Origin: Lytechinus pictus
Taxonomy: Eukaryota
Direction: 5' to 3'
Assembly: GCF_037042905.1 (NCBI RefSeq)
Contig: NC_087260.1
Location: 16,182,001-16,246,000, forward strand
DNA length: 64,000 bases
Part shown: one piece after another, positions 13,415-27,716 of the stretch
Layout: the number at the start of each line of letters is the position of its first letter
Numbering within the stretch: the stretch's first letter is position 1
Notes under the pieces: generated by a model
Told to the model about the DNA's origin: nothing
Seen by the model: only the letters and a program-made list of their open reading frames with translations
Database searches by the model: none
Position numbers and translations under genes: made by a program

Positions 13415-13442
13415 CCCGTGGAATTTCCACGGGCTCTGCTAG
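13415..13442 (+). mobile_element. Helitron-like 3' terminus
   Basis: Hairpin CCCGTGGAA-T-TTCCACGGG followed 5 nt later by CTAG|T; 5' end not identified. Confidence 0.55.
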
Positions 13443-15356
13443 TACATTAATATTATCACATTTAATTCAGATGAACAATATAGAATAAGAAGTATCATGA
13501 CAGATTGAATAAAACATTTATTACATGTTAATGATAAATTATTGCATTAAATTTAAAACAGACATGTGTTCCATTTGGAACTTAGGGTTCTGATTACTCC
13601 TGAAATAAAATTTATATATTTTTTTTTCTTAATATTTACAACCAAATATCAAAAGGTATCCAAAAAAGCAAATAAACTTTTCAACTTCTTTTTATCCTAC
13701 ATTTATACAGGTACTATATCCACAGAAAAGTGAAGTAATTGATAATTATTACATCTACTGATCATTGGAAATGTACATGTCAACGCAACATGTATTTCAC
13801 AATCAAACTCTAAATCGGATTTCTAATAATAACATTCCAATCATTAACAACCAGCTATCTACAATCATTGAAACTGTTTCTGATGGCCTGCCTGGGGACG
13901 CCCGCGTCGGATGGACGACTTATCTATAATTACACCACTTTCTCAACATCTCGTCTTGGACACAAAGAATTAAGGTTAATTTGGTGCACGGCATGACAGA
14001 CATTAGCTGACCAGTAGCTCTGCATCCCTCCACCAATGATGACAGGGGTTGCATCCATACCAATGGGGGTGGGGGGATAGTGGAACAGGGGATGGGGGCG
14101 GTTTTGAATCAAACTACGTTTTCAATACATTTAATTAGCAAAATTTCTATGATGAAGTTTTGCTTTGTAGTAATTTGATAATCATTGTAATAATTCCTTA
14201 CTAATACATTCTTTTGAAAACAAGTTCAACAAAACATAACGTTCACAAATTTATCGCATGATCCACTAAAATACAAATGTGATTTTTTATTTTATGGTAT
14301 TCACAAATGTGTTTCAAATTCATTGATTGATCTATTAACCCAATTTTCAATGTTTCAAATACCATTTTATTTATCAAAATATCTTATTCATTTAAAAATG
14401 TGTTTATTCATTCATAGGATATAATATTTATCAATTTATCTTATCAGTTCATAGATGCATTCATTCACTTTTTCATTAATCAATTCACAGGTTTCATTTC
14501 TTTTACTTTTTTTCCTCCTTTCAATTAATAGATAATCATGTTCAGAGTGTGAACACAACTGTATGGCTAAACTTGACTCTTGTGTAGGATGAAGAATTTC
14601 ACCAATGACGTCAAAACGTTAGGCCGGTCTTTGGGTCATATCTGTTCTGCTTTTTGATAGGTCATTTCTTAAAGCTGGGGACTTGCTAAATGTTTCTACA
14701 TGAGCAACTCAAAACCAATATAACTGAGAAGGTACTTGTTTGAGAGATATGGAGATACATGTAGTCTGAATTAAAATGGCAGAGAAGAGAAATGGCCCTT
14801 TGAATTCATCAAAAAGTACTGACCAAATTTCAAATTCAAGATTTGTTTAGATTCAGTAATATTTAATACAACTTGTATGATTCCCCTGTAGAACTCTGTC
14901 AAAAAATTATTTCCACATTTTCATCATGGCACATCTCTGTCATAATATTTTCTGGAAATATATTGCGATATTATTTTTGTTTAAAAAAAAATCCCTGTAT
15001 ATCATTTCCAATATTAAATACAAACAAGATATAAATAAACTAAAGGCTATATTTAGATATTTTTACAAGTTAACTATATTGGCACCAGATCAAAATTATT
15101 CTTATTTGTGTTAGAGGGACAAAGATAGAAAATGACATATGTGTAAAACATGAATACAATGATATCATCTCTCAAACATTTCATGACATCATCACATTTA
15201 TTGGCAGCCTTCCTCCAAGCAGTGCCAAAAGACTGATTTAACTCCTTGGTACACTTAATCAAGTGCATTTCTTTTGTGTTCAAACTGAAGGGCCCTGTAG
15301 CATAATTGATTGCAGGGCTGGTTTGTACGATTGATTGTACACAATAATCAATTTAA

Positions 15357-15937
15357 AGGAGAATGAAACCCTTGGAACAAGATAGCTTGTGTGAAAACAG
15401 AAAAATCCAAGAAACAGATCAATAAAAGTTTGAGAAAAATCTGACAAATTATGAGAAAGTTATGAGCATTTGAATATTACGATCACTTATGCTATGGAGA
15501 TCCTCAAATTGGCAATGCGACAAAGATGTGTGATGTCGCCTGTGAACAACTCTCCCAATTACTTCAGTATGTATTTTACTTAAATTGCCTCTTTTATCAC
15601 ATCTATCAGTAGATCATGTGTTCTTTCTATAGGAGGGCATATATTATGGATTTTTAAATACATCATGGATAAAGAGTTTGTATCACCACAAGAAAAAGCA
15701 GAATGAGACATTTTGAGGGTATTTTATAGTCCATCAAAGGGAAAGTTGTTCACATGTGACATCACACATCCTTGTCGCATTGCCAATGGAGGATCTCCAT
15801 AGCATTAGTGATTGCAATATTCAAATGCTCATAACTTTGTCATTATTTGTCCGATTTTTCTCAAACTTTCTTTGTTTTTATTCTTTGATTTTTCTGTTTC
15901 GACACAAGCCTACTTATTCCAAAGGTTTCATTCCCCT
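15357..15937. mobile_element. Kolobok-like MITE
   Basis: TTAA TSD, same termini, highly similar to 50055-50636. Confidence 0.88.
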
Positions 15938-16092
15938 TTAAGAATCATATCATCACCAGAGACTTTCAAATCGAAGCTAAAGTCTTATCTTAGTAATAGT
16001 TTTTGGCACTTTGACACTCATCCAAACTCTCTCATTCTTTCTTTTTCTTGTGCACCACAGAATAGAAGATTTTTAGATGGATGGCACCATAT

Positions 16093-16261
16093 NNNNNNNN
16101 NNNNNNNNNNNNNNNNNNNNNNNNNNNNNNNNNNNNNNNNNNNNNNNNNNNNNNNNNNNNNNNNNNNNNNNNNNNNNNNNNNNNNNNNNNNNNNNNNNNN
16201 NNNNNNNNNNNNNNNNNNNNNNNNNNNNNNNNNNNNNNNNNNNNNNNNNNNNNNNNNNNNN
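16093..16261. other. Assembly gap
   Basis: Run of N. Confidence 1.
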
Positions 16262-17079
16262 CAAGTCCGTATTTTTTTCTTGAATAACTTTGCTCTAACA
16301 AAAAGCACCAAGTAATTTCAAGTGCAACTAGGAACTTTACACTACTAATGTAAAGTTCCTAGTTGCACTTATTATTATTATCATTATCATTATTATTATT
16401 ATTAATATTTTTATTATTATCAATTCAATCATTGTAGAAAGCAGCCTCATGATTGATCCCTCTGTATGTTAAGGGGTCGTAATGTGAAAAATAAAGATCA
16501 ATCAAATTTATGATCATTCCAAGTTAATTTGAGATCTGGCTAGCTTTATTTTATTCAATCCCACTATGGATTGAAATATGTCATCAAAGTTAAAACCTTG
16601 TAATGACCTCTGAAAGTGACTAAGATTTACAAGTGCTTCTTTTAGTTTAAAAATGATTGATCCTCAGCTAAATAAAGTCAAATATCCAGGTCACTTTAGC
16701 CCCAAATGAAGATGACTCCCAGCTAAGAGTCAGATTTGACTCCGCTGAAATGTCCCTACAGAATCTCACCTTTTAAACATTGTCATTTCCTACAACATAT
16801 TCTTCTATATTGTACTATTCATAAATGTATTCATGTATGAATGCTAAAAACAGGCCAGTTTAAAACAAATTATAATATATTTGCATACAACGCAGATCCA
16901 CTCAGTACAGTACTCAAGAAGTGCCTATATTGAAAGTCTATTTTTATTCCCGAAATCGAGCATATGCCGTGCAATTAATTGTAAAATTGCCATTGATTGC
17001 TAATCTGCTCCATGAAACAAGGATTGTAATCTGATTTGCTATAGTTAAATTGATCAATCAACTGTAAAATTGACACAGA

Positions 17080-17080
<1 letters not shown>

Positions 17081-17111
<31 letters not shown>

Positions 17112-17297
17112 TAGGTATATTTACCCAGGGTAGCCACTTCAGTTTCAAAAACTGTTCTACCAGCGGGCCCTGCTATTATTATTACCCCGGCTTTAGCTGA
17201 GCTGCCTAGGCGCTCATGCATTCAAGGAATTTCTTCCTACCGGGTACCCATTCACCTCACCTGGGTTGAGTGCAGCACAATGTGGACGAGTTTCTTG
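17081..17297 (-). mobile_element. 5'-truncated tRNA-derived SINE
   Basis: CAACCCAGGTGAGGTGAATGGGTACC core and (TTA)n tail, nearly identical to the 36535-36826 copy. Confidence 0.85.
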
Positions 17298-19109
17298 CGA
17301 TTGATTGCAAAATTTTTCTTGCAACACACCCTATGACTCATAGCAAATCTGTTTATCAAAATGTAACAAAATTTATTAATCATATCTATTCATCAAAATC
17401 TATATTAAAATCAACTTATTTAAAATCTATAGTTAGAGAAAATATTTTCATTTTATCGCAACTTTTGAAATCATTTTTTTTTAAATCAAGACATACCATT
17501 CTAAAATAAAGAAACAAGATAGTTCCCATATTCTTTACCCCTATAGACAACAAAACCACAACCACCACTTTAATACCATGTCCTGCGAATCGTCGCAATA
17601 CGTGTCATCCGTTATGCCTTGGCATATCTGTTTACCAATTTACCTTGAACAAAGATGGAAGGGGAGGCATCTAACTGTCTCTATTTCACGCTTGCATCTC
17701 CATGACATTCCCCTCCGTTCAATTTCAAACTCGTTTGGAAGAACGGAGGTATGTGATTTTCCTTAAAGCCGATGCCCTTTACTATCAAATGATAATGCTA
17801 TTGTGGTTGGTGGATTGCTGGAAATATCACCAAGACTTACCAATGAAACATGAAACTCATTTTTTTCAGTTTTTTCCCATAAATTACCCATACTGTATTA
17901 AAAATACTTTAAACAATCTAGTTTACTCTATGAACCGATCAGATCAGGTACATGCAATTAGAGTTCAATGAAATCTACAGGAAAAAATTAAGCAGCAGTG
18001 TTCAATTTCTGATATTCATTGTTCAGAAGTTGAACAATTTTGTTTAAACTTTCAGTATTTAAACATTTGTTTATAGAACTCTTATTAAACTGTAAAAGAA
18101 CAACCAAATAGTTCATATACACTGAAGTATTAAAGCAGATAGGAACCAATAGCACCATCTCGAGTCCTAAACTACTCATACCTGGCCAGTTTCCTGACCC
18201 ATAATGCTAGTGTAGTCTAGTAATATAGACCCACTTGAATGATAACATTCTAACTATTTAATACATTTATACCGCGGTAATTATGTTACCAAGTAGCAAA
18301 ACAATTACTTTTCCTCTCAAAACGTTTTAGTTTTTAGAGCTATAAAAATACAATTAAAGGTCAATTTATTCTCTGTAGTATTAGTAGATATCTGAAAACG
18401 TATATTTCAAGACTATGTATTTATAACGCACAGGACCTCACAAAGATCACTCCCCCTTTAAAACCAGAATATATTTCATGTATGTACTGTGAAGACTTCA
18501 TTAGTTCTTGTCAGGTTTTCCTCGATCTTGAATGTCAGCTGACAAGTCATAATGTGCAATACATCTATATCATTGACTCAATGCTATATTACATGTATGC
18601 ATATTTGCTACTTAGATTCCACATGATTTTACACTTTGATATAGTTTGAGTTGACACTACATTTTTCATCTTATTTGACTTGTCATCAATGTCCAATAGA
18701 GATTGCCATTCATGCTCAATCGTCAAATTTGATGCATCATGTATTTGGAAGTTCTGTTTGGCAAAACAAATTCGAAAAGGTAACTTCAGAGTTCAAACTG
18801 AGTACTTTGTATGTAATGAATTTCATACAGAGCCTTACAATAATTACCCAACCTCTCTCTCTCTCCCCCCTATTCCTCTTCAACCATCAAATTTTATTGC
18901 TAATTTTATCACTTCACTTTCATAAAATATTGATAAACCCTTAAACGCAATAAGCTGCAACCTTTCATCAACTTAAAACATTTGATACCTATATTTTTAC
19001 TCAATTAGAGCTTAACAGATAATTGTTTGTCCTTACAACTTGAAACCCCCCAATGTTCAAACCCAACAGAACTTCTACCTCTCACAATCTTAATTTCCTA
19101 AAGATTTAC

Positions 19110-19760
19110 CTTTGGTTTTGGCTTAGCAAGATCCTGAGAATGATGAAGATCGGCTTTTGCCCTCGTTGACTCGCTAATATTCACAAGTTTTTTAGGTGGT
19201 GCATCAATATGAACAACATTATTATTGGCAAGATCGGTGGATGGTGTCTTTTTTCGCTCTATTTCAGATAAGTCATTACACGTAACAAGGTCTGGTAGAT
19301 TATTGCTGAGGGGGACCTCCTTAACGACCTTGACCTCAGCCTTGGCTGGCTCTGATTTCAGGGCCAAGTCTGGGAAATTCCTGTCCTCTGTCTTTGGTTT
19401 GTCTATTCGCCATGTTGGGAGGAGTTCGTCGCTCTTTCGCTTCTCTGTGATGTCTTCGTCACCTCGTGGGACGATACCCGGAGGTAGCGCGACAACGGTA
19501 CAGAAACCGTAGTGGATGGCGCGACATACAAAGGGCGCCTCGGCGAGCACACGCTCCTGCACATTGATCTTTGATGGCCTTGGGTCTTTGGTTTTTGTCT
19601 CGCATTCGCGGGCAAACTCCGGGCTGAATGGGCAGCCGAGAAAACAGTTGTGGACGGCACGGACATGCCGCTGGTCCACGTGCACGCTCGAGTAGACCAT
19701 GACACGCGAAGCAACGAGTTTGTAGCTGGCAGGCTTGAGGGTCGGGTGACATTTCGGCAT
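19110..19760 (-). CDS. PPP2R3A/B: PP2A B'' gene, alternative PR130/PPP2R3A-type N-terminal exon (217 codons)
   Basis: First ATG after an in-frame stop; CpG-rich open frame. ASYKLVASRVMVYSSVHVDQRHVRAVHNC aligns with the recalled human PR130 start ATYRLVVSTVNHYSSVVIDRRFEQAIHYC. Phase-0 donor AAG|gtaaat fits the 12932 acceptor. Confidence 0.8.
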
Positions 19761-22700
19761 TCTATTCACAATAACCTCCCGTTTCAAGAGAATTACAAGA
19801 AAAAATCATAAATGGATATATCAAAAAGTCAAAAGATGCTAAAATATACTAAACCCATGTAGAAAAGAGTATGAACACATCCTCGATGAATGTAATGGTA
19901 TCATCAAAATTACTAGAAAATATTTTGTATCACGATTAATTGATATCTTAGACGAATCATGACGGATATTCTCACTGAGTCACGACAAGCACAAATGTTT
20001 CCTCTTGTGGTGGTTGAGCAGATCCTGCAATATCATTTTCCGGGACACAAGCTAGTCTAAACAAACAATAGATCACACCTTCCTTAGATCAAATTTGATC
20101 TCCAAACACAAATCATAGACCTTTCTAAATTGAAAGGAGAATGTTGACATTAAAAAAAAAAGACCAATGCCCGAGACTTCAGATGCCAATTTGAAATTGA
20201 GTGAAGACACAGATGTAAATAGTGACTCTGCACATACTGGAATCAAATCAGAACAGTACCCCCGAATAATCCTAACAGTAATTGGACACGATGTTTAGCC
20301 ATTAATGTCGTCTCCGACATCCAAAATAGCGCCACAAGTAGGCCTGCATTCCAGAGATATGATTCCTGCAGGCGAGCTGATGCATAAGGATCAGTCATCA
20401 CACAATAAATTCTCGCCTTACGTGCCCCGAAACATGCAACATATATATATTCCAAGAATATGATGATCCTTTGGAAATGTCAGAACTATTTGATATATCC
20501 ACATGTATGTGTATATCCTCCTTGTGCTATGAGTCATGCGATTGGTATCCAACAGGGTCTCTCCCCTGCTAACACTCTCTTCTACAAATCAAATAGAATC
20601 ACCCTAAATGGTTCAATCAAGTCCTCAGAATGAGTCAAAGTCCTCAGACTGCTGGCATTCCGATGCATGAGGTAATTAATTTTTTCCCCTCCCTCGCACT
20701 TCTCTGGTGGGGACTCCGCTCCAATCAAGAGAACCTGCTCGCCTTGCATCAACTACCCCAGACAATGGGGGATATCCCACGATTGTTCTCTCAGACTCCA
20801 CACGTTTTTTTCTTCCTCTTTCCTCTTCCTCGAAGCATCAGGCTCGGGTTTCACAACCAGTGCCTCGACGATGGGGTAATCTTTTGAACACACCGCCGAG
20901 TTCATTCCCCGGGTACCGTCAATGTCCCCTTCTCCGACCGTACGCGACTCTTAAATGCACAGGTGCATTTGGAGTTCACTCAGATTAATGGTGCATCCCC
21001 TTACCGCTTACCAAAGAAATATTGAATGTCACCAGCACTTTGGTAAATTTGTGTCCTTTACGATAAGCCAGTTCGCATCACCCCTGGCAACCAACTCGCA
21101 AGGAATGCAACATCCCTCTTTTCGATGTCGTTAGCGATACATCAAAGATGAACGAGCGGGTGGCGGAGGCACATCTTTCTCCTCTGCCCAATTTGTAAAT
21201 CCTCTTATTGCATTGTCCATCAGCGACCTTTTTGCTTGGTAGGTTTTTGGTGTGATATGGCTTTAGCTCGGAGCACACTACCAACAACGCATCTGTGAAT
21301 CGAAGCGGTGCACATGTGCAAGTGTGTTTTGAAACGCTGGAACAGCCATCAGCTAGTCTCATGTGCAGACCTGGTTAGCGAATGTTTACATTTAACAGCA
21401 CTTGTATTCCAATATTTTCATTTCCATAATGATATACCGGTAGATAAAAACTTTAACAAAATAGGTACAGCACATAACTGTGGGTAAAAATTTAGAAGTT
21501 TATTCATTTCTTGTGTGTAATTCAGTCAGTGATAGAAATTTTTCTTTGCAAAAGTCATATCAAGTGTTGGGAGGAAGCAAAAGGATATCATATGGAACTC
21601 TGTCTATTATGCCTAACTAAACTTAGCAGGAAAAAGAGGGAGCCTGATATTTTCACAATTTATATTTTCTTATGAACAATCTTGGTGAAGAAAAAAAGAA
21701 ACTTTCAAGATTTCATATTTTATCCATAGTTCAGAGTAGGAAATACAGGCAATTTTGCCCTAATGACAGCCCAAATCGGTCCTAAAATCCCCAAACGCAT
21801 GCTTTGGGACAACCATTTGTTCTAGAGTCGCTCCAAGATCCGTCACAAACAATATTGAAGATTAATAGAAAATCAATGGCAGAATAATTATTACATTTAC
21901 TGTTTATTTGCTTGTTGCCCCTAAAAAGTATGAAAAAAAAAAAAAAAAAATAGCCCCTAAAATTTTGCGATTGCCCCAATGTGGAAAAAAAGATAGCCCC
22001 TAAAAAACAAAAATGATTTCCTACCCTGTCATACATGTAGTTGAACACCAATGTAGTTAACTTTCACTAAAGGGGGGGGGGGGGCTGAATACCATCTCAG
22101 TTTTTGCAATGAGGATTATGTTTTTTAATACCTAAAATTAAAAAGGTAATTATAAAAAAAAACACTTAAACGATTTAGAGGTGTACCAAACCAGGCATTG
22201 TTATGTTTTATCTTAAAGCTGAAAGTTTAAAGACCCTCCTTTCCTTTTTGCCCCTGCCTTTTGCTGAAGAACGTAACCCCAGGCTTCAAAATGCGCCTGT
22301 GCAAGCTATCAATATCAGAACAATCTGGATATGTCATTTTCATATTTTTCAAAACCACAGACTTAACCACAATGAATTTTAAAACTATTTGTGCTCATTA
22401 GGTGTGCGTTCCTTTTATCAATCACTTTGCACTATAAAATTGCATTGATTGACTGATTCAGAGCATGCGGCCATTACAAACTCTTTCTTGATTAATTTCT
22501 TTTTGGGGAAAATCAATCATCAATCATTAAACAATCTTTCAAATTGGCAATAATTACATGTTCATATATCTTGAAATATTATGACAATATAGTGATTTTT
22601 GGGGGGCTAATAAAGCAAGTTCTCGAGAAAGGAATGCCCAGGACAAGCATTTCAGGATATAATTATTGCATCTAGTTGGTGGTAGAAGTTCCTTTATAAT

Positions 22701-23230
22701 TATATAAAGAAGGAAATAAGGATAATACCAAGAAAGAATGGGTGCTACACTGTAAATCTGTTCACCTGAGAAATCAAATTCTTAAAGTTGCTGCTGGATG
22801 AAATAGGATACAACACTTGGTCACTGTACTTTTCTAAGGTTGGAAAGCTAGAATGATACATGTACACCAGTATAATTCACATTAAATTGAATCTCTAGTT
22901 TCTCTACCACAGATTTAGACAGGCTTTAATCTGTTCTATTCGCAGCAATATCATTTTTTGGATTCTGCTTTATTTCCTAAATCTGAACCAAAATTAATTA
23001 CAGCACTGACATTTGAGATTTGACTCAGAGCCAGATTATATAAAAAGAATGGAATAACTGTGATAAAATTTCTACAGAGAAGACCTACATTTAATTATCA
23101 CTGGGACAAACCATTCACAGCACAATATTTGTATAATGTAGTACGCCTATACTGTAAATTGCTTTCTAGTGTTTGAAGGGGCCATTTTAAAAAAAGAAAA
23201 AGATTGAGAGGGTTGGCAAAGGCAAAATTA

Positions 23231-23457
23231 CACTCTAAATTCCAAGGATTTAAAATATATCTAGATCGGCTGTGAATAGTGACCAGCCGAAAAATTAGAT
23301 TTAGATTTAAATTTTAAACCTTGTTGATTTAAATATGATTTAAATTGAAATCTTTTGAGATTTTAAAGTTAATCCTTCAGATTTAAAATAAATTCAAAAT
23401 TCGGCTGGTCACTATTCACAGCCGATCTGGATTTATAAATCATTGGAATTTATAGTG
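23231..23457. mobile_element. CMC/EnSpm-like palindromic MITE
   Basis: TA|CACT...AGTG|TA with inverted GATCGGCTGTGAATAGTGACCAGCCGAA. Confidence 0.8.
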
Positions 23458-26400
23458 TATACCCATAAATGTGCCCGGTGCTTTTTTTCTGTATGATGTC
23501 TTTAATATCAAGAAGGAATTTAATGTACAGTACCTTCTTTCACAATCTGATATTATCAAGTTTTAATAATGTTAACAAAATATTCTGCATTTTGAATGAA
23601 AACTATTTGCCTCAACAATTTTCTTGGCATATCTTTGTTGATCTGAACAATGCAACTTAGGAAAAACCCAAAAAGTATTTATAAACATCAAATAGCTTTT
23701 CCATTACCATTCACAATAACTTTCAATTGCTATTCAAATAAGTTTGCATTGTTCCCCATTGGACAATAACAAGGCTTCAATAAATTATATTGTTCACAAT
23801 AAAATGTTACAAAGGTGAATGACACTATAATATTAAAACCACAATTATTTGATGAGTGGTAAATACATGTACATGTATCAACCTTGTATTTAAGGCTTGG
23901 ATAGAGTGAATGGCCAATCTGAAGTGTTTGTAAACAAACCTAGGCTGTGTAGCAAATAGCTTTTTTTTAATCTGTCATTCATATATTTTTAATGCAAATA
24001 TTATTTCTTAACACTGCTTTAATACTTAGGAAAAGATAACAACATTATTTTCTAATATACATGTATGTAGTTTTTCATACGTGACATTTGTACATCACAG
24101 ATGTACATGTATTACATAAACAACCTCTAGAATCAAGTGTTCACAATAATTATCGCTCCAGACTCTCCGACAAGTTCTTCACATTATTCCAGCTATTTAG
24201 CTATTTTGCTCCCAAGTGTAAATTTCTGTTTGAAACATATTTTCAATCCTATCACAATGTAATAAATTATTTGACAACAAAAGTGAATGCAAAGATTTGC
24301 AATGCACCAACAATACAAAAACAGTGGACGACACCAACTTCTTTCCCAAATTTCCATCACACAATCGCAAACCAATAACTACAAGTAGGAGCAGAAGACC
24401 CATTAAAATTTTTTATCATGTTTTCAATCCCATATTAAGTTATTTGCCCACATGAATTAATTCAAAGATATGCCACACACTCACAATATGGAAACAGTGG
24501 ATAGCAACAACAATTATCACCAATATCCCTCCCCCCCTCAAAATCGCAAACTCGTAAAGGGGCTGGGGAGCAAGACTAGCGGGTCCCTGCTGTCTCTAAA
24601 CACCATAAAAGGAGACGGGACTGGAATGTGGTACTAGCTGGTTAGGGGCGCAGCGGTCGCCTCTGCTGGGTACCCCTTTTAGTCTCCTTTTAATCCATCT
24701 AGCAGTGAGATTGACATTCATTCATGCATCGGTTTCACTTTACATGAAAAGTGTTTCATTTGCAATAAATCAGATAAAATCTCCAGTTTTGAATGTAATG
24801 CTTCTAAAGAAACTAGCCTCAACCTCTTTCTCTTTTGTTTTGATCTTTGTTCTCATTTCTTTGATTTGTATGTCACAAACCCTTCCTCTTGACTCCTCTT
24901 AATCAATGTGCAGCACTTCTTATTTATTAAAAATGTAATCTCCTTTTGAATTGAATTTTCTTTGATCTTCTACATCTTTCCTTTTGTTATTTTGCCGTGT
25001 TCACACTCTCCATGTGATGTAGGCCTACATGTACATGTATACCCTTCCTCTATATGTACAGTGTATATCATAGAACAGTCCGAGATTTCAAATAACTAAT
25101 AAAGTGAAGTTTAGTTATTTTAATTTCACCATTACTTGATAGTTGAATATTAAATCAAACATGCATTATTAATGAACAATCAATAAATAAGCAAATAAAT
25201 ACATGTAAATAAATAAATAAATCATAGATAAATAAATTAATGGGTTTAAAACATTTTATCAAGTGCACAAATGTCCACTGTGCAGAATGCTCAAGCTGCT
25301 AATTGTCAATAGATTATTCAAAAGATATATTAAAGACAAATTTTCTAAAATGATAACTTTATCTTCAATGGGAGAAAAGTTACTGGAAAATCTAAATTAG
25401 GGACGCAGAAGTTACAAGTCTTCAGAATGAAAGAGGGATCAGGGTTGGCCAAAAAATTTGTTTACTTTATTTTATCAAACTCCAAGTTTCATTCTTAAAT
25501 GTAACAAAATAACATCTCTACACAATGTACTATTGCTGAGAATTCCCAAACAACATTAATTTGGCAAATTATATTTTTTTAACAATATCAAAAAAGGTGT
25601 TTTTACACCAATCCAATCACAAAAATACCCATAAATCACTTTCGATTATTCTGACCTAAAAATACTCCATGAAATATATGAATGCACAACTGCCTGACAC
25701 AGAGAAAGTGTGTGTGATTATGAGCCAGAAACAGAACTCTTGCACATCCCCATACAATACAGGATGAGCATCTTTCGTCTTTCACATCACGTTCTCATAT
25801 ATTGCTTTTAATTACACTGCAAATATCCCAGCGACCTTTCAGAAATTTCTGGTAATTTTGGAAATATGGCCTACCATTGATTTGAGGGTACTTTATATAC
25901 AAGCTAAATTACTTCTCTTTCACACAGGCGAAAATACCTGATATTTTCTGATTTGGGTATATTTTCCAATCAGGAAATATCAGGTATTTCCTGTGAGCAG
26001 ATGGATGTGAAACTTCTCAATTGTATAAAAAAGTAAGGATTCCTTTCTCGCACCAAATTACTGCTCAGCACAGTCTGGTGGTCTCGTTAAACAAAGAATA
26101 ATAAAAATGAACGTGAGTCAACAGATTCATCCATACGGTGGCTAGCAGTAAATTCATTCATTCTTATCAAATAAACAATAAAAAATTGTCAAACACATTA
26201 GTTGCTGGCTATAAATTATAAATTACGTTTATGCATCACCATCTGATCTGTTATCAGGAATCCAGCATAAGAGTTTTGACAATTGGATTGTGGTTGGAAA
26301 ACCCATATGTGCTTTAAAATTAAAGGGAAAGTACTGGTGTGATATTTCACAATGTAAATTCTCGTGCAAAAGGTTAACTACTTGGAGTCTTGAACACCTA

Positions 26401-27440
26401 CATATTAATTATTCACATATACTTTATACTTGTGAAAAGTATGAAAAATTCAAATTTTTCATATTTTGTCAAGGGGCACCTGCCTACAAGATCTTAATCT
26501 TTTTGGTCGCCTCTTACAATACCTTGATTTCTTATGGTATTTATTTGTTGAGCACACATTCATTTATATATATATGTTATTTTGTATTGTATTTTAAATA
26601 TTTTTATAAGGTGAATAAATGAAATTGAAATTCTAACTCAAAATTCTTAGCAAAAACAAGTTTCCCAATTTGGTAGTCTTGTGAGATTGATATTTAACCA
26701 GAACAAAAATTAATTCTTATAACCACAGTTAAATTATTTCTTCCAATCATTCTAAGGAGACATATATCTCCTTGATCATTCTATCCTCCCATTCACACGG
26801 TAAAAAAATTTGTAATTTGAATGATGATTCCAGTGAAAAATATGGCTAATGACGAATATTTAGCATGTGTGAAACCGAACTAGAACATGATTAGAATCAT
26901 GAGCGCTAATCAGTCACAATAACAATAGCAATCATCATTACAATGATGATTCAAGATTCACATCTGAAAAGGCCCTATGACTGCCACTCATGCAAAGGAG
27001 GTTGCTGACCTGTCTATTTCTAGCACTATTCTTTCTCTTGATCTTTGCATGTGAGTACTGAAAGTAAGGAAGAAGGTTATTTGATAGACTCCAAGCTGCT
27101 TCAAATCATGAATTATAGTTTTGTAAAAAAAGAATGGTTATTGTGAACTAGTGATAAATATAATAGGGGACAACCCATTTCAATTTAGTTTTGACTTTTG
27201 ACTTTACTTGTCCAAACTACCATAAAGGTAAATGAACTTTGTATTGGAATGTTGACAAATTATGCTTGTCAAAGAAGATATTTATAAAAATGCTGGTGAA
27301 AAGAATTGTGAGAGTTCAAGTACTTTTGTAAAGTTATTAGTAAAAGGTCCACTTCAAATGATGCCTTTTTAGATGCCCCAAATACCCAAGTTCACCCAAG
27401 TAACAAGTTGATTTGCACAAATAGAAGAACAGTAAAACAG

Positions 27441-27716
27441 GGTCGCGTCTTACAAAGAGTTGCGATTTATCCAATCAATCTCAACTACAAGTATATGGGA
27501 ATCCATCAATGTAATTTTTTTCTCCTGAAAATTTGCACAATGTCCTTTGCAAATAAAGAGAAGCACACTGAATTTCAAGAAAATGATGAATGTATGAATA
27601 GCCTATACATACATGTATAGAAAGTATTATAAATATGCATTTTAGATGATGACGTTGCTGGCTTTCCATAGTTGTGGTTGATCAGATCACCCGCAATTTC
27701 TTTGTAAGATGGGGCC
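27441..27716. mobile_element. Harbinger-like MITE, family C, CAG TSD
   Basis: Same TIRs, CAG on both sides. Confidence 0.82.
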
